64,000 bases of DNA from Macrostomum lignano (Eukaryota): positions 124,001-188,000 of the forward strand of contig NIVC01001829.1 in the NCBI GenBank assembly GCA_002269645.1, written 5' to 3'. How positions within the stretch are numbered: the first letter of the stretch is position 1; each line of letters opens with the position of its first letter. Positions 33,678-45,270 of this stretch are shown here, piece by piece. The notes under the pieces were generated by a model. That model had not been told where the DNA came from, did no database searches, and saw nothing but the letters and a program-made list of their open reading frames with translations. The translations under genes were made by a program, and so were the position numbers.

Positions 33678-35008
33678 CTCTCTATCTGATCAGTGCTCTG
33701 TGATTGGCTGCTAGAATCTGCTCTCTATCTGATCAGTGCTCTGTGATTGGCTGCTAGAATCTGCTCTCTATCTGATCAGTGCTCTGTGATTGGCTGCTAG
33801 AATCTGCTCTCTATCTGATCAGTGCTCTGTGATTGGCTGCTAGAATCTGCTCTCTATCTGATCAGTGCTCTGTGATTGGCTGCTAGAATCTGCTCTCTAT
33901 CTGATCAGTGCTCTGTGATTGGCTGCTAGAATCTGCTCTCTATCTGATCAGTGCTCTGTGATTGGCTGCTAGAATCTGCTCTCTATCTGATCAGTGCTCT
34001 GTGATTGGCTGCTAGAATCTGCTCTCTATCTGATCAGTGCTCTGTGATTGGCTGCTAGAATCTGCTCTCTATCTGATCAGTGCTCTGTGATTGGCTGCTA
34101 GAATCTGCTCTCTATCTGATCAGTGCTCTGTGATTGGCTGCTAGAATCTGCTCTCTATCTGATCAGTGCTCTGTGATTGGCTGCTAGAATCTGCTCTCTA
34201 TCTGATCAGTGCTCTGTGATTGGCTGCTAGAATCTGCTCTCTATCTGATCAGTGCTCTGTGATTGGCTGCTAGAATCTGCTCTCTATCTGATCAGTGCTC
34301 TGTGATTGGCTGCTAGAATCTGCTCTCTATCTGATCAGTGCTCTGTGATTGGCTGCTAGAATCTGCTCTCTATCTGATCAGTGCTCTGTGATTGGCTGCT
34401 AGAATCTGCTCTCTATCTGATCAGTGCTCTGTGATTGGCTGCTAGAATCTGCTCTCTATCTGATCAGTGCTCTGTGATTGGCTGCTAGAATCTGCTCTCT
34501 ATCTGATCAGTGCTCTGTGATTGGCTGCTAGAATTTGCTCTCTATCTGATCAGTGCTCTGTGATTGGCTGCTAGAATCTGCTCTCTATCTGATCAGTGCT
34601 CTGTGATTGGCTGCTAGAATCTGCTCTCTATCTGATCAGTGCTCTGTGATTGGCTGCTAGAATCTGCTCTCTATCTGATCAGTGCTCTGTGATTGGCTGC
34701 TAGAATCTGCTGTCTATCTGATCAGTGCCCTGTGATTGGCTGCTAGAATCTGCTCTCTATCTGATCAGTGCTCTGTGATTGGCTGCTAGAATCTGCTCTC
34801 TATCTGATCAGTGCTCTGTGATTGGCTGCTAGAATCTGCTGTCTATCTGATCAGTGCCCTGTGATTGGCTGCTAGAATCTGCTCTCTATCTGATCAGTGC
34901 TCTGTGATTGGCTGCTAGAATCTGCTGTCTATCTGATCAGTGCCCTGTGATTGGCTGCTAGAATCTGCTATCCATCTGATCAGTGCTCTGTGATTGGCTG
35001 CTAGAATC
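33678..35008. repeat. 43-bp minisatellite, about 31 copies (PDXDC1 intron 1)
   Basis: Unit CTCTCTATCTGATCAGTGCTCTGTGATTGGCTGCTAGAATCTG, almost invariant. Confidence 0.97.
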
Positions 35009-35073
35009 TAAGCACTTAATCTATTTAAGCTAATTACAGTAGGATAAAGTGACAGATTTTCCTATTATTTTAG

Positions 35074-36346
35074 CTACAGCAGAGACTATTCAGCCGTCTA
35101 CCATCGGACCGGGTCTCCAGTCCAGCTGCTGTGTCAGCGGCTGTCACAGCTTGGCTATCAAGCGATAGCAGGCCCGCATCGGTTTGTCAGCTAGCCAGAC
35201 AATGCCGCTTAGAAGTTTGCGCCTGGCTAAACAAACTTATCTTTAATACTGAGGATTCGTTTGAATTGTTTCACTTGCATCTGGGCGACGAATGGGATTC
35301 GATTCGACTGGCTTGCCAACGGGCTCTAGTTCGAGCTTACAGTGGTTCGGACAATGATTTGAATCATCAGGCTATGCTGCAGAGGCATCCTCTCATTTAT
35401 CTGCATCCTTCCACACCAGATAGCATTGTGGAGCCGCTAGCTGTTCAACTTTGTCTGCCCTTATCTGCTTTTCGTCGCAATCTGCCAGGCAGCTCGCTGT
35501 CGTCAGAGACCCTTGCCGAAGCTCTTGATGCAGATTTTGTCACCAACAGGCCTGTGTTGGTTCAAGCTGTGTGCGGACCGGACCAGCTAGTCAGCCTGGT
35601 TGAAGTGTGTCGCAGCCGTGGCGTCTGGCTTCACGCCCAGGGATCCAGGCTGGCTGACGATGCGGCACTGGCTACTCTGAGTAGCGACTGCCGGCCTGAT
35701 TCAGCCTGTCTTGATTTCAGCCAGCTGTTTGGGCTCTTCGGCCTGCCTAAGATTACCTGGATTGCTGGCGGCGGAGCTGCGACTGAACAGGCTGAATTAG
35801 AATCGGATGAGACTTATAGAGATTCCTATGATGAAGGACAGGATGCTGAGCTGGGTCTGTGGCTACCAGCTTGGCTAGCGTTGCAGCACATCGGCAGTGA
35901 TTCGGCTGCTGATAGGCCAACCCGGGTTCGAGCCTGCCGCCTGGAATTCGCTAATCTGCTGAAGAGACAGCAGCAAGAGTCACCCGAATTGATCATGGTT
36001 CCTAGCAGGGATCCAACCGAGATTCTGTTTCGTTTCAATTCGAATAGGACTGTTGATGACGCGGATGGAAGCTGGTGCAATGCCGAAACTGGTTGGCTGG
36101 TTGAGTCTCTGTGCACTGCCGCGGCTGAAGCCAACGAGAATGGAGATCCGTTCAAGCTGAAGCTCGTGTCCTGTCCAGGTGTGTTTCCGACACCTCAGCA
36201 GCGCTTGGTCGGTCGGTACCGACCGCAGCATGCGCCGCTGCTGCCGTCGGCTGAAGATTTCGACAGACTGGCTGGCGCTCTGACTGACGGGCTGCAGCTG
36301 TTGGACGCCACTAGACGGTTGAGACCGGAGTTCGTCAAGTTGGTTG
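35074..36346 (+). CDS. PDXDC1: PDXDC1-like protein, exon 2
   Basis: Acceptor TTTTAG| at 35073 (phase 0); decarboxylase-like segments VCAWLNKL, HPLIYL, VWLHAQG, DSACLD; donor G|GTGAGT, phase 1. Confidence 0.82.
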
Positions 36347-36379
36347 GTGAGTTTTTAGACACTTGAAAATCGAACTCTC

Positions 36380-37092
36380 AACACTGAGAGAATCCTCTTT
36401 AAACACTGAGAAAATCGCCCTCTAAACACTGAGAAAATCGCCCTCTAAACACTGAGAAAATCGCCCTCTAAACACTGAGAAAATCGCCCTCTAAACACTG
36501 AGAAAATCGCCCTCTAAACACTGAGAAAATCGCCCTCTAAACACTGAGAAAATCGCCCTCTAAACACTGAGAAAATCGCCCTCTAAACACTGAGAAAATC
36601 GCCCTCTAAACACTGAGAAAATCGCCTTTAAACACTGAGAAAATCGCCCTCTAAACACTGAGAAAATCGCCTCTAAACACTGAGAAAATCGCCTCTAAAC
36701 ACTGAGAAAATCGCCCTCTAAACACCGAGAAAATCGCCCTCTAAACACTGAGAAAATCGCCCTCTAAACACTGAGAAAATCGCCCTCTAAACTGAGAAAA
36801 TCGCCCTCTAAACACTGAGAAAATCGTTCTCTAAACATTAAGAAAATCGCCCTCTAAACTGAGAAAATCGCCCTCTAAACACTGAGAAAATCGCCCTTTA
36901 AACACTGAGAAAATCGCCCTCTAAACACCGAGAAAATCGCCCTCTAAACACTGAGAAAATCGCCATCTAAACTGAGAAAATCGCCCTCTAAACACTGAGA
37001 AAATCGTTCTCTAAACATCAAGAAAATCGCCCTCTAAACTGAGAAAATCGCCCTCTAAACACTGAGAAAATCGCCCTCTAACCGAGAAAATC
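36380..37092. repeat. 23-bp minisatellite, about 30 copies (PDXDC1 intron 2)
   Basis: Unit AAACACTGAGAAAATCGCCCTCT. Confidence 0.95.
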
Positions 37093-37128
37093 TGAGAATT
37101 GGCCTTTTAACAACTTATCAACCCGCAG

Positions 37129-37694
37129 AATCGAACCCCAGACTTCAGCTGGTCACCCAATCTGATTGGCCAGGCCTGGGAGCTGTGCTGTACAAAGGCC
37201 AAGCAGTGGACTTGCAAGCTGTCAATCGAGCAATCTACGACAGTTTAAAAGTGCAAGATTCCGGTTTTACCTGGGGAGAAGTGCTGCCTAGCAACAGTGA
37301 GGCTACTGAGACTGCTGGTGCGGAGCAACCAATGGGCTGTATTAGATTTGGTCTGGTGCCACCAGACACCGATATCCAAGGCATGATAGATCATCTAATC
37401 AAAGTAGGTGCCGAATGCGACTCAAAAGTGGTAGCCGATGAAACCTTGGTCGCTACAATTCGTCGTGGCATCCAGACTGTAGAAAAAAATCTTGCCGATG
37501 AAGAACGAGAGAGGCTGGAACGCGAGGGCGCTCTCAGACAGGTGCCGTTTGTGGACACCCTGTTGAACTGGTGGTCACCGCTGCCTCCGAGGCGGCCTTT
37601 GCCAGGTACGGCTTTGAGCTTGAGCAATGGACAGTTGATGAGCACTGAGCTCACTTATCAGTACAAGGCGCAGTTTTGTCCTGCAGATAACTAA
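37129..37694 (+). CDS. PDXDC1: PDXDC1-like protein, exon 3
   Basis: Acceptor CCCGCAG| phase 1 gives ESNPRLQLVTQSDWPGLGAVLY; GCIRFG and EGALRQVPFVDTLLNWWSP are PDXDC1 C-terminal motifs. Confidence 0.85.
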
Positions 37695-38539
37695 TTGGTG
37701 TCGGATATGCTGTAATTTCAAGCTGAATCTCTTGACATTCCAATGTCACTTATTTGTGTCTTCCATGAACGATAAATGATCAAATGTTTTTTAATATTCG
37801 CTTTTTCTTCTACTTATTACTATCAGTAGTAAGTATATGATTTTTATTTGAAACACTTTTACTAATGAATTGCGTTGACTCTTCCGATAAGTTTCGATAA
37901 GTTTTCCTGACTTGAATCAAAATTAATTACTAATTATTTACATCGAAAAAAGATTTTTTGTTCAACTTCTTCCAGCACATTTTGCTATTAAAGGGTGCTA
38001 AAAAATTATTTACTAACAATTTCACTTTTTTGCTGATATTTTTTGGCTTTTTAGAAGCTTGTTGCACTACTGTTGGTGTGAGTAGTGTACTATGCACATG
38101 AAATTTATTACAATCCGGACAGATTTTGTTATATACTTTTATCAAACAGTGTGCTACTACTGTTATTATTCAGTTCGAGTAGTGTAATCAGCGCATGACT
38201 GATTTACATGTAGTGTTCGTTTTCTTCAGGAAAATTACAAAAATACAATTTTTTATTATCTTATTAACTATAGTCTTTTCGCTTTCATTCTTTTACGAAA
38301 TGATTTTCCAACAAATAGTTGAAACAGTTTAGAAAAGCAGAGAGCTTCTTATTTTAGAAAATTTTTAGAGGCCGTGTTTTGCTTGAAAAGCATGCTACAA
38401 ATTTTACAAAAATATGAAAATAACATTTTTTTATTACGTTAATAATGTTTTTCGTATATATATATCAGGGGCGAGATATATTAAATAATGATTCGTAACT
38501 ATAAAAATATTATAAAAAATGAACAATAATGGCAATTGA

Positions 38540-38785
38540 TTACACCTGCCCCAATGGATTGCATCTGAAGGCTGCGTACGGCTGTTCAGTCCAAGGACTT
38601 AAGGGGGTCGCCACACAGCCTCAATTACCCCAGCTAATGCTGGCACCCATTTTACAGCTGGGTGAATTGAAGCAATGCAGAGTTAAGTGTGTCTTGCTCA
38701 AGGACGAAATGTTCCTAAGTTAGTCGAGAATCGAACCCCCGACCTCTCAGTCGTAAATCCGACGCTCTAACCACTAGGCACTAAC
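38540..38785 (-). mobile_element. tRNA-derived CORE-type SINE, copy 1
   Basis: The minus strand has an A-box (CCTAGTGGTTAGAGC) and B-box (GGTTCGATTC), then CCTTGAGCAAGACACACTTAACTC...CAGCTGTAAAATGGG, resembling the MIR/CORE domain. A second copy lies at 41555-41750. Confidence 0.8.
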
Positions 38786-38841
38786 CTGACTAAACTCAAA
38801 AGCAGAATCAAAGCATAGCATTGGGACACGCACTTCAGAGA

Positions 38842-39090
38842 ATGTTGGGTATTGCCAGAACCGGTATCCGAGTCACTCTGGCCTCGGTTGCCAGGGGCAA
38901 CGGGCTGCGTCAGCTGTGCAGCGGCGGCTCCGGCAGCTACAAGAACATCTTAGTCGAAAAGAAAGGCGATAAAAGTCAAGTCGGATTTGTTCGTTTGAAT
39001 CGGCCTAAAGCGTTGAATTCTTTGTGCGATGACTTGCTGAGGGAGTTGAACGTCGCCTTCAGAGAGTTCGATGCGGATCCCAGCGTCAAG
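38842..39090 (+). CDS. ECHS1: Mitochondrial enoyl-CoA hydratase, exon 1 of 2 (290 aa total)
   Basis: Arg-rich targeting peptide MLGIARTGIRVTLASVARG, then YKNILVEKKG...VGFVRLNRPKALNSLC; donor AAG|GTTTGT, phase 0. Confidence 0.92.
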
Positions 39091-39129
39091 GTTTGTCTGA
39101 TTGATTGTTGAGATTTACAGTATAGATAG

Positions 39130-39830
39130 AGCTGAGACTAGATTATCGAGATGGATGAGACTAGATTATATCGATCGTGAAGATAGGGGTGAGACTAGAG
39201 TATAGGGAGGGGTGAGAAAAGAGTATAGGGAGGGGTGAGACTAGAGTATAGGGGTGAGACTAAAGTGTAGGGAGGGGTGAGACTAGAGTATAGGGGTGAG
39301 ACTAAAGTGTAGGGAGGGGTGAGACTAGAGTATAGGGGTGAGACTAAAGTGTAGGGAGGGGTGAGACTAGAGTATAGGGGTGAGACTAAAGTGTAGGGAG
39401 GGGTGAAAATAGAGTATAGGGAGGGGTGAGACGAAAGTGTATGGAGGGGTGAGAATAGAGTATAGGGAGGGGTGAGACTAGAGTATAGGGGTGAGACTAA
39501 AGTGTAGGGAGGGGTGAGAATAGAGTATAGGGAGGGGTGAGAATAGAGTATAGGGAAGGGGGAGACTAGAGTATAGCCAGGGGTGAGACGAAAGTGTATG
39601 GAGGGGTGAGATAAGAGTATAGGGAGGGGTGAGACTAGAGTATAGGGAGGGGCGAGACTAAAGCATAAGGAAGGATGAGACTAGAGTAGAAAGGGTGAGA
39701 TTTACGGTATAGAGAGGTAAGATTAACAGTACAGACAGGGGTGAGATTTACAGCATATAGAGGGGTGAGACTAGAGTATAGAGAGGTGAGATTTAGATTC
39801 TAGAAAGGGGTGAGATTTAGAGTTTTGTTA
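39130..39830. repeat. About 24-bp G-rich minisatellite (ECHS1 intron)
   Basis: Unit approximately GGGGTGAGACTAGAGTATAGGGA, with variants. Confidence 0.85.
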
Positions 39831-39971
39831 TGGTGGGATTTAAGATTTCCTATAGAGATCATGGCTGTTGAGATCAAACAGGCTAAGTCTATTTAAACGC
39901 AAGGCTCACATTCGCCAGTAGTATGATATGGATTTTTGGCCCTAAACCAACAAAGTTCAAACCAACCGCAG

Positions 39972-40595
39972 GCCATCGTGCTCACAGGCAGCTCAAAAGC
40001 ATTCGCCGCAGGCGCCGACATCAAAGAGATGCAGCCGAAAACCTACTCAACCGTATTCGGCACCAATTTCATCAACGACTGGACCGAGATGCTTCGAATT
40101 CGAAAGCCAATCATAGCCGCTGTGAATGGCTACGCTCTGGGCGGAGGCTGCGAGCTAGCCATGATGTGCGACATCATCTACGCTGGCGATTCGGCCAAGT
40201 TCGCCCAGCCGGAGATCCGATTGGGCACCATTCCCGGCGCTGGTGGCACCCAGCGATTACCCAGAGCTGTTGGCAAGAGCAAAGCCATGGAGATGTGCCT
40301 GACTGGCGATATGATCACCGCTAAGGAGGCCGAGTCAGCCGGCTTGGTCAGTAAAGTTGTGCCAGCCGACAAACTGGAAGCTGCAGCTTTGGACCTCGCT
40401 GAGAGGATCAGCCGAATGTCCCTGATGGCGATCTACGCCGCGAAGGAGAGCGTCAATGCCGCCTACGAGGCGCCGCTGTCGCAGGGCCTCCTGCTGGAGA
40501 GGCGCCTCTTCCACGCTTCGTTTGGGACGCGCGACCGCTCCGAAGGAATGTCAGCCTTCACTGAGAAACGGGCGGCCGAGTTTAAAGACGAGTAA
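39972..40595 (+). CDS. ECHS1: Mitochondrial enoyl-CoA hydratase, exon 2
   Basis: Acceptor CCGCAG|GCC; [26 protein letters not shown] and [17 protein letters not shown] contain both catalytic Glu residues of the crotonase fold. Confidence 0.96.
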   Translation, partial: AIVLTGSSKAFAAGADIKEMQPKTYSTVFGTNFINDWTEMLRIRKPIIAAVNGYALGGGCELAMMCDIIYAGDSAKFAQPEIRLGTIPGAGGTQRLPRAVGKSKAMEMCLTGDMITAKEAESAGLVSKVVPADKLEAAALDLAERISRMSLMAIYAAKESVNAAYEAPLSQGLLLERRLFHASFGTRDRSEGMSAFTEKRAAEFKDE

Positions 40596-40649
40596 TGATT
40601 ATTGATTAGTAGTAGCATTAGCATGTAGTAGGCTGCACTGATTTACTGC

Positions 40650-41212
40650 TTGCACATCCATTCTCCCAGATCCTCATGGGATTAAGCATCCATTCTCCCT
40701 GATCCTCATGTGGGATTAAGAATCCATTCTCCCTGATCCTCATGGGATTAAGCATCCATTCTCCCAGATCCTCATGTGGGATTAAGCATCCATTCTCCCA
40801 GATCCTCATGTGGGATTAAGCATCCATTCTCCCAGATCCTCATATGGGATTAAGCAGGCATTTTCCCAGATCCTCATATGGGATTAAGCAGCCATTCTCC
40901 CAGATCCTCATGTGGGATTAAGCAGCCATTCTCCTAGATCCTCATATGGGATTAAGCATCCAGTCTCCTAGATCCTCGTATGGGATTAAGAATCCATTCT
41001 CCCAGATCTCTTCATGTGGGATTAAGCATCCATTCTCCCAGATCCTCATATGGGATTAAGCAGGCATTCTCCCAGATCCTCATATGGGATTAAGCAGGCA
41101 TTCTCCCAGATCCTCATATGGGATTAAGCAGGCATTCTCCCAGATCCTCATATGGGATTAAGCAGGCATTCTCCCAGATCCTCATGTGGGATTAAGCAGG
41201 CATTCTTCCAGA
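40650..41212. repeat. 34-bp minisatellite, about 16 copies
   Basis: Unit GGGATTAAGCATCCATTCTCCCAGATCCTCATGT, just downstream of the ECHS1 stop. Confidence 0.92.
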
Positions 41213-41554
41213 TTAGCCATGAATGTCTAAGTATCTGATGACATCCAGGCTACAAAATTTCATTAGGTTTTGCCCCATTTTAATTAATCTGCGTAGCATA
41301 TTTTTGTGCCATAAATTTAGACACTCGTTCCTACTTATTCGAGTAGTATTTATTATCATTAATAAGTTAATTCGCTGTTCAACTTTAATATTGTTGTTAA
41401 GCATCCATACTTTCTGTCGCCACTTGAAATTGGAATAATAAACTTGAATATTTAGTTTTTTCCGGTGTTTTAATTCGTTATTGATGAGTTTTTTTTATTT
41501 TCAGTATTAAACCCCGGCTAACCCCAGCCAGTTCTGCTTAACCTGTTAAATTGG

Positions 41555-41750
41555 GTCCAAGGACCGAGGTAGTCGCCACAAATCCTCAATTAGCCCAGCT
41601 AATGCTGGCACCCATTTTACAGCTAGGAGAACTGAAGCAATACAGAGAGTTAAGTGTCTTATTCAAGGACACAAAATGTTCCTAAGTTAGTCGAGAATCG
41701 AACCCCCGACCTTTCAGTCGTGAATCCGACGCTCTGACCACTAGACTACA
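41555..41750 (-). mobile_element. tRNA-derived CORE-type SINE, copy 2
   Basis: Homologous to 38590-38785 (GCTAATGCTGGCACCCATTTTACAGCT...GTTCCTAAGTTAGTCGAGAATCGAACCCCCGACC). Confidence 0.8.
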
Positions 41751-41848
41751 ACCACTTGTTTTTGTAAAAAAAACAATTATAAATACCTGGTATCAAATCC
41801 CAAAGTCGCTGTTAGTAGTGCAGTCGCATATTTTTCATTCACCTGCAG

Positions 41849-42184
41849 CCGTCAGCATCGAAGAAGCCGCAGATCCGACTGCCGGCTCTCCAGCCGCTGT
41901 CGCAGTTCGCCCCGCTGCAGGACGGCGCCGCTCGCTTCCACCTGCCCGACCTGATCGCCGAGCGACGGCGCTGTTTGCAGCGCGTCCGGCACAACCTGCT
42001 GCTGTACCAGACCAACTACCTGTTGTGTCTGGTTGTGTCCTGCCTGCTGATGGTCTTCTGTCGGCCTATCGAAGTTCTGCTTGGCTTTGCTGGAATTGTC
42101 GGTGTGGCGCTGCTTTGCCTGTGGCTGCGGAGGAACTGGCTGAGGATGCGGCTGCTGCTGCTGGACACTGGCGGACACCGGCAG
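41849..42184 (+). CDS. PRA1 family (PRAF2/PRAF3-JWA-like) membrane protein, first recognisable exon; start codon unresolved
   Basis: After acceptor CTGCAG| it reads PSASKKPQIRLPALQPLSQF...RFHLPD...QRVRHNLLLYQTNYLL (PRA1 NLxxYQTNY motif) and a hydrophobic hairpin; donor CAG|GTGACT, phase 0. Confidence 0.8.
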
Positions 42185-42244
42185 GTGACTGCTAATGCTC
42201 AGGTAGTGCACTTTGCTGCTTTCTGTCTTTCTTATTGTCCAACC

Positions 42245-43070
42245 CTAGCCCAGATCCTCAGTTGCTGGGCCAGCCTCCCAGATCCTCAGTTGCTGGGCCA
42301 GCCTCCCAGATCCTCAGTTGCTGGGCCAGCCTCCCAGATCCTCAGTTGCTAGGCCAGCCTCTCAGATCCTCAGTTGCTGGGCCAGCCTTCCAGATCATCA
42401 CTTGCTGGGCTAGCCTTCCAGATCCTCAGTTTCTGGGCCAGCCTCCCAGATCCTCAGTTGCTAGGCCAGCCTCCCAGAGTGTCAGTTGCTGGGCTATCAG
42501 CCTCCCAGATCCTCAGTGGCTAGGCAAGCCTCCCAGATCCTCAGTTGCTGGGCCACCAGCCTCCCAGATATCCAGTTGCTGGGCCACCAGCCTCCCAGAT
42601 CCTCAGTTGCTGGGCCACCAGCCTCCCAGATCCTCAGTGGCTAGGCAAGCCTTCCAGATATCCAGTTTCTGGGCCACCAGCCTCCCAGATCCCCAGTTGC
42701 TGGGCCACCAGCCTCCCAGATATCCAGTTGCTGGGCCACCAGCCTCCCAGATCCTCAGTTGCTGGGCCACCAGCCTCCCAGATATCCAGTTGCTGGGCCA
42801 CCAGCCTCCCAGATCCTCAGTTGCTGGGCCACCAGCCTCCCAGATCCTCAGTTGCTGGGCCACCAGCCTCCCAGATCCTCAGTGGCTAGACAAACCTTCC
42901 AGATATCCAGTTTCTGGGCCACCAGCCTCCCAGATCCCCAGTTGCTGGGCCACCAGCCTCCCAGATATCCAGTTGCTGGGCCACCAGCCTCCCAGATCCT
43001 CAGTTGCTGGGCCACCAGCCTCCCAGATATCCAGTTGCTGGGCCACCAGCCTCCCAGATCGTCAGCCTCC
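42245..43070. repeat. 27-31-bp minisatellite (PRA1 gene intron)
   Basis: Unit approximately CAGCCTCCCAGATCCTCAGTTGCTGGGC(CAC). Confidence 0.92.
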
Positions 43071-43199
43071 CACCGATCCCAAAAAGTTATTTGCTGTCCT
43101 TTGCCCAACTCTAGCCAGCACGCCTGTCTTTTTTGAAGGCAAGAATTTTTGTCTATGGCCAATACCCCATTCTCTACTTCGTTCCCTCTCCTCCCGCAG

Positions 43200-43484
43200 A
43201 CTCTGGCGGCCCTTCCCCTTGCTGGCAGCTGTGCCGTGCTGCTTGCCTGCCTAATCAAACCAATACTGAGTGTTGCCGCTTCATCAATTGTGCTGGTTCT
43301 GCTCTGCCTTCTGCACGCTCTGCTGCTAAGACGTCGTCGTCATATTGTCACCGTTGCTAAGGCCGTTGCTAAGCAGGCCAAAGCTACTGTCACACCGATG
43401 GATATTGCGCTGAGCTATCTTGACAACCTGTGGCGCTCTGGTGACGCCGCTGTGATTGACAGACGCCATTCTGCTGGAATGTGA
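43200..43484 (+). CDS. PRA1 family protein, terminal exon
   Basis: Acceptor TCCCGCAG|, phase 0; second hydrophobic hairpin, then LLHALLLRRRR and TPMDIALSYL, matching the PRAF LIHASLR...TPMG..L pattern. Confidence 0.8.
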   Translation, partial: TLAALPLAGSCAVLLACLIKPILSVAASSIVLVLLCLLHALLLRRRRHIVTVAKAVAKQAKATVTPMDIALSYLDNLWRSGDAAVIDRRHSAGM

Positions 43485-43604
43485 GACTGGCTCACTCTCT
43501 ATGACTGGATCATTTTATACAGAGTTTTTTTCTTGATTATGCTGGATAATTGTGCTTATTTTTTAGATTTTGTTTTTACTATTTCTCAAACTTGATGACT
43601 GACT

Positions 43605-44250
43605 GGCTTGCTGATTGATTGATTGATTGATTGACTGATTGATTGACTAATTGATTGATTGACTGGATGATTAGTTGATTGACTGATTGGTTGTTTTATT
43701 GATTGATTGACTGATTGATTGACTAATTGATTGATTGACTGGATGATTGATTGATTGACTGATTGGTTGTTTTATTGATTGATTGACTGATTGATTGACT
43801 AATTGATTGATTGACTGGATGATTGATTGATTGACTGATTGGTTGTTTTATTGATTGATTGACTGATTGATTGTTTTATTGATTGATTGACTGGATGATT
43901 AGTTGATTGACTGATTGGTTGTTTTATTGATTGATTGACTGATTGATTGATTGACTAATTGTATGACTTATTGATTGACTGATTGGTTGACTGACTGATT
44001 TATTTATTGATCGACTGATTGATTCATTGATTCATTGATTGACTGGTTGATTGATTGACTGATTGATTGATTGATTGACTGATTGATTAATTGATTGATT
44101 GATTGATTGATTGACTGATTGATTTATTGGTTGGTTGATGAGTTGATTGATTGATTGATTGATTGATTGACTTGTTCATTAAAAAATTGATGTAATGATT
44201 GACTGACTGATTGATTGACTTGTTCATTAAAAAATTGATGTAATGATTGA
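43605..44250. repeat. (GATT)n/(GACT)n compound microsatellite
   Basis: Long imperfect GATT array with internal higher-order repeats. Confidence 0.9.
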
Positions 44251-44764
44251 CTGACTGGCTGAATGAGGCACCAGTCAGTGACTGTTTAATCATGACTGAG
44301 AGATTTAAACATGATTGATAGAATTCTTCCATACTTTTGGATAGAATCAGATTTTATTTTTATATTTAAACTCCGCTGTTTAACGGCTCTATCCAGTCTG
44401 CAATGCAATTTATGCGTCTATCTACCAGTATCTATCCAAGACCACGCATCTGACGTGTCAGAGTTGCTGGTTATACTACTGCTCGTCTGCTAGAGTTAGT
44501 AGTGTAAATGCATAAAATTTTTCCGTTATTTCTACGTGCAATCAAAATTGGTTTTTTTCTTTATTAGTCAATTTTTTACGCACTTTTATATCTTTTATCG
44601 ATCGGTTTATCCGCCTTTTTAAGCGGAAATAAATTTGCTTTAATCTGCTAATCATATTTACATAAATCTATTGTTAGATCGTATGATTACATTTTTTGCT
44701 ACAGGTATTGTCTGATCTCTTTCTTTGGTATAATAAAAAATACACGGGGGTACAGAAGAGGATA

Positions 44765-45270
44765 GGAGTACAGAGGGGGAAATAAAGAGACTAGAGGGTG
44801 GGATAATGAGGCTACAGAGGGTGAGATAATGAGGCTACAGAGGGTGAGATAGAGGCTACAGTGGGTGAGATAAAGAGGCTACAGAGGGTGAGATAGAGGC
44901 TACAGAGGGTGAGATAAAGAGGCTACAGAGGGTGAGACAAAGAGGCTACAGAGGATGAGATAAAGAGGCTACAGAGGGTGAGATAAAGAGGCTACAGAGG
45001 GTGAGATAAAGAGGCTACAGAGGGTGAGATAAAGAGGCTACAGAGGGTGAGATAAAGAGGCTACAGAGGGTGAGATAGAGGCTACAGAGGGTGAGATAAA
45101 GAGGCTACAGAGGGTGAGACAAAGAGGCTACAGAGGATGAGATAAAGAGGCTACAGAGGGTGAGATAAAGAGGCTACAGAGGGTGAGATAAAAAGGCAAC
45201 AGAGGGTGACATAAAAAGGCTACAGAGGGGGAGATACGCTCGTAATGAGGCTACAGAGGTTGAGACAGTA
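44765..45270. repeat. 23-bp purine-rich minisatellite
   Basis: Unit AGAGGGTGAGATAAAGAGGCTAC. Confidence 0.9.

Noticed and set aside
38725-38785. tRNA gene (and the similar head at about 41690-41750)
   Set aside because: A and B boxes are present, but the acceptor stem is not intact and the sequence continues into a shared SINE body.
42235-43254. 339-aa ORF and overlapping ORFs
   Set aside because: Translation of the intronic 27-31-bp minisatellite; it lies between two phase-compatible PRA1 exons.
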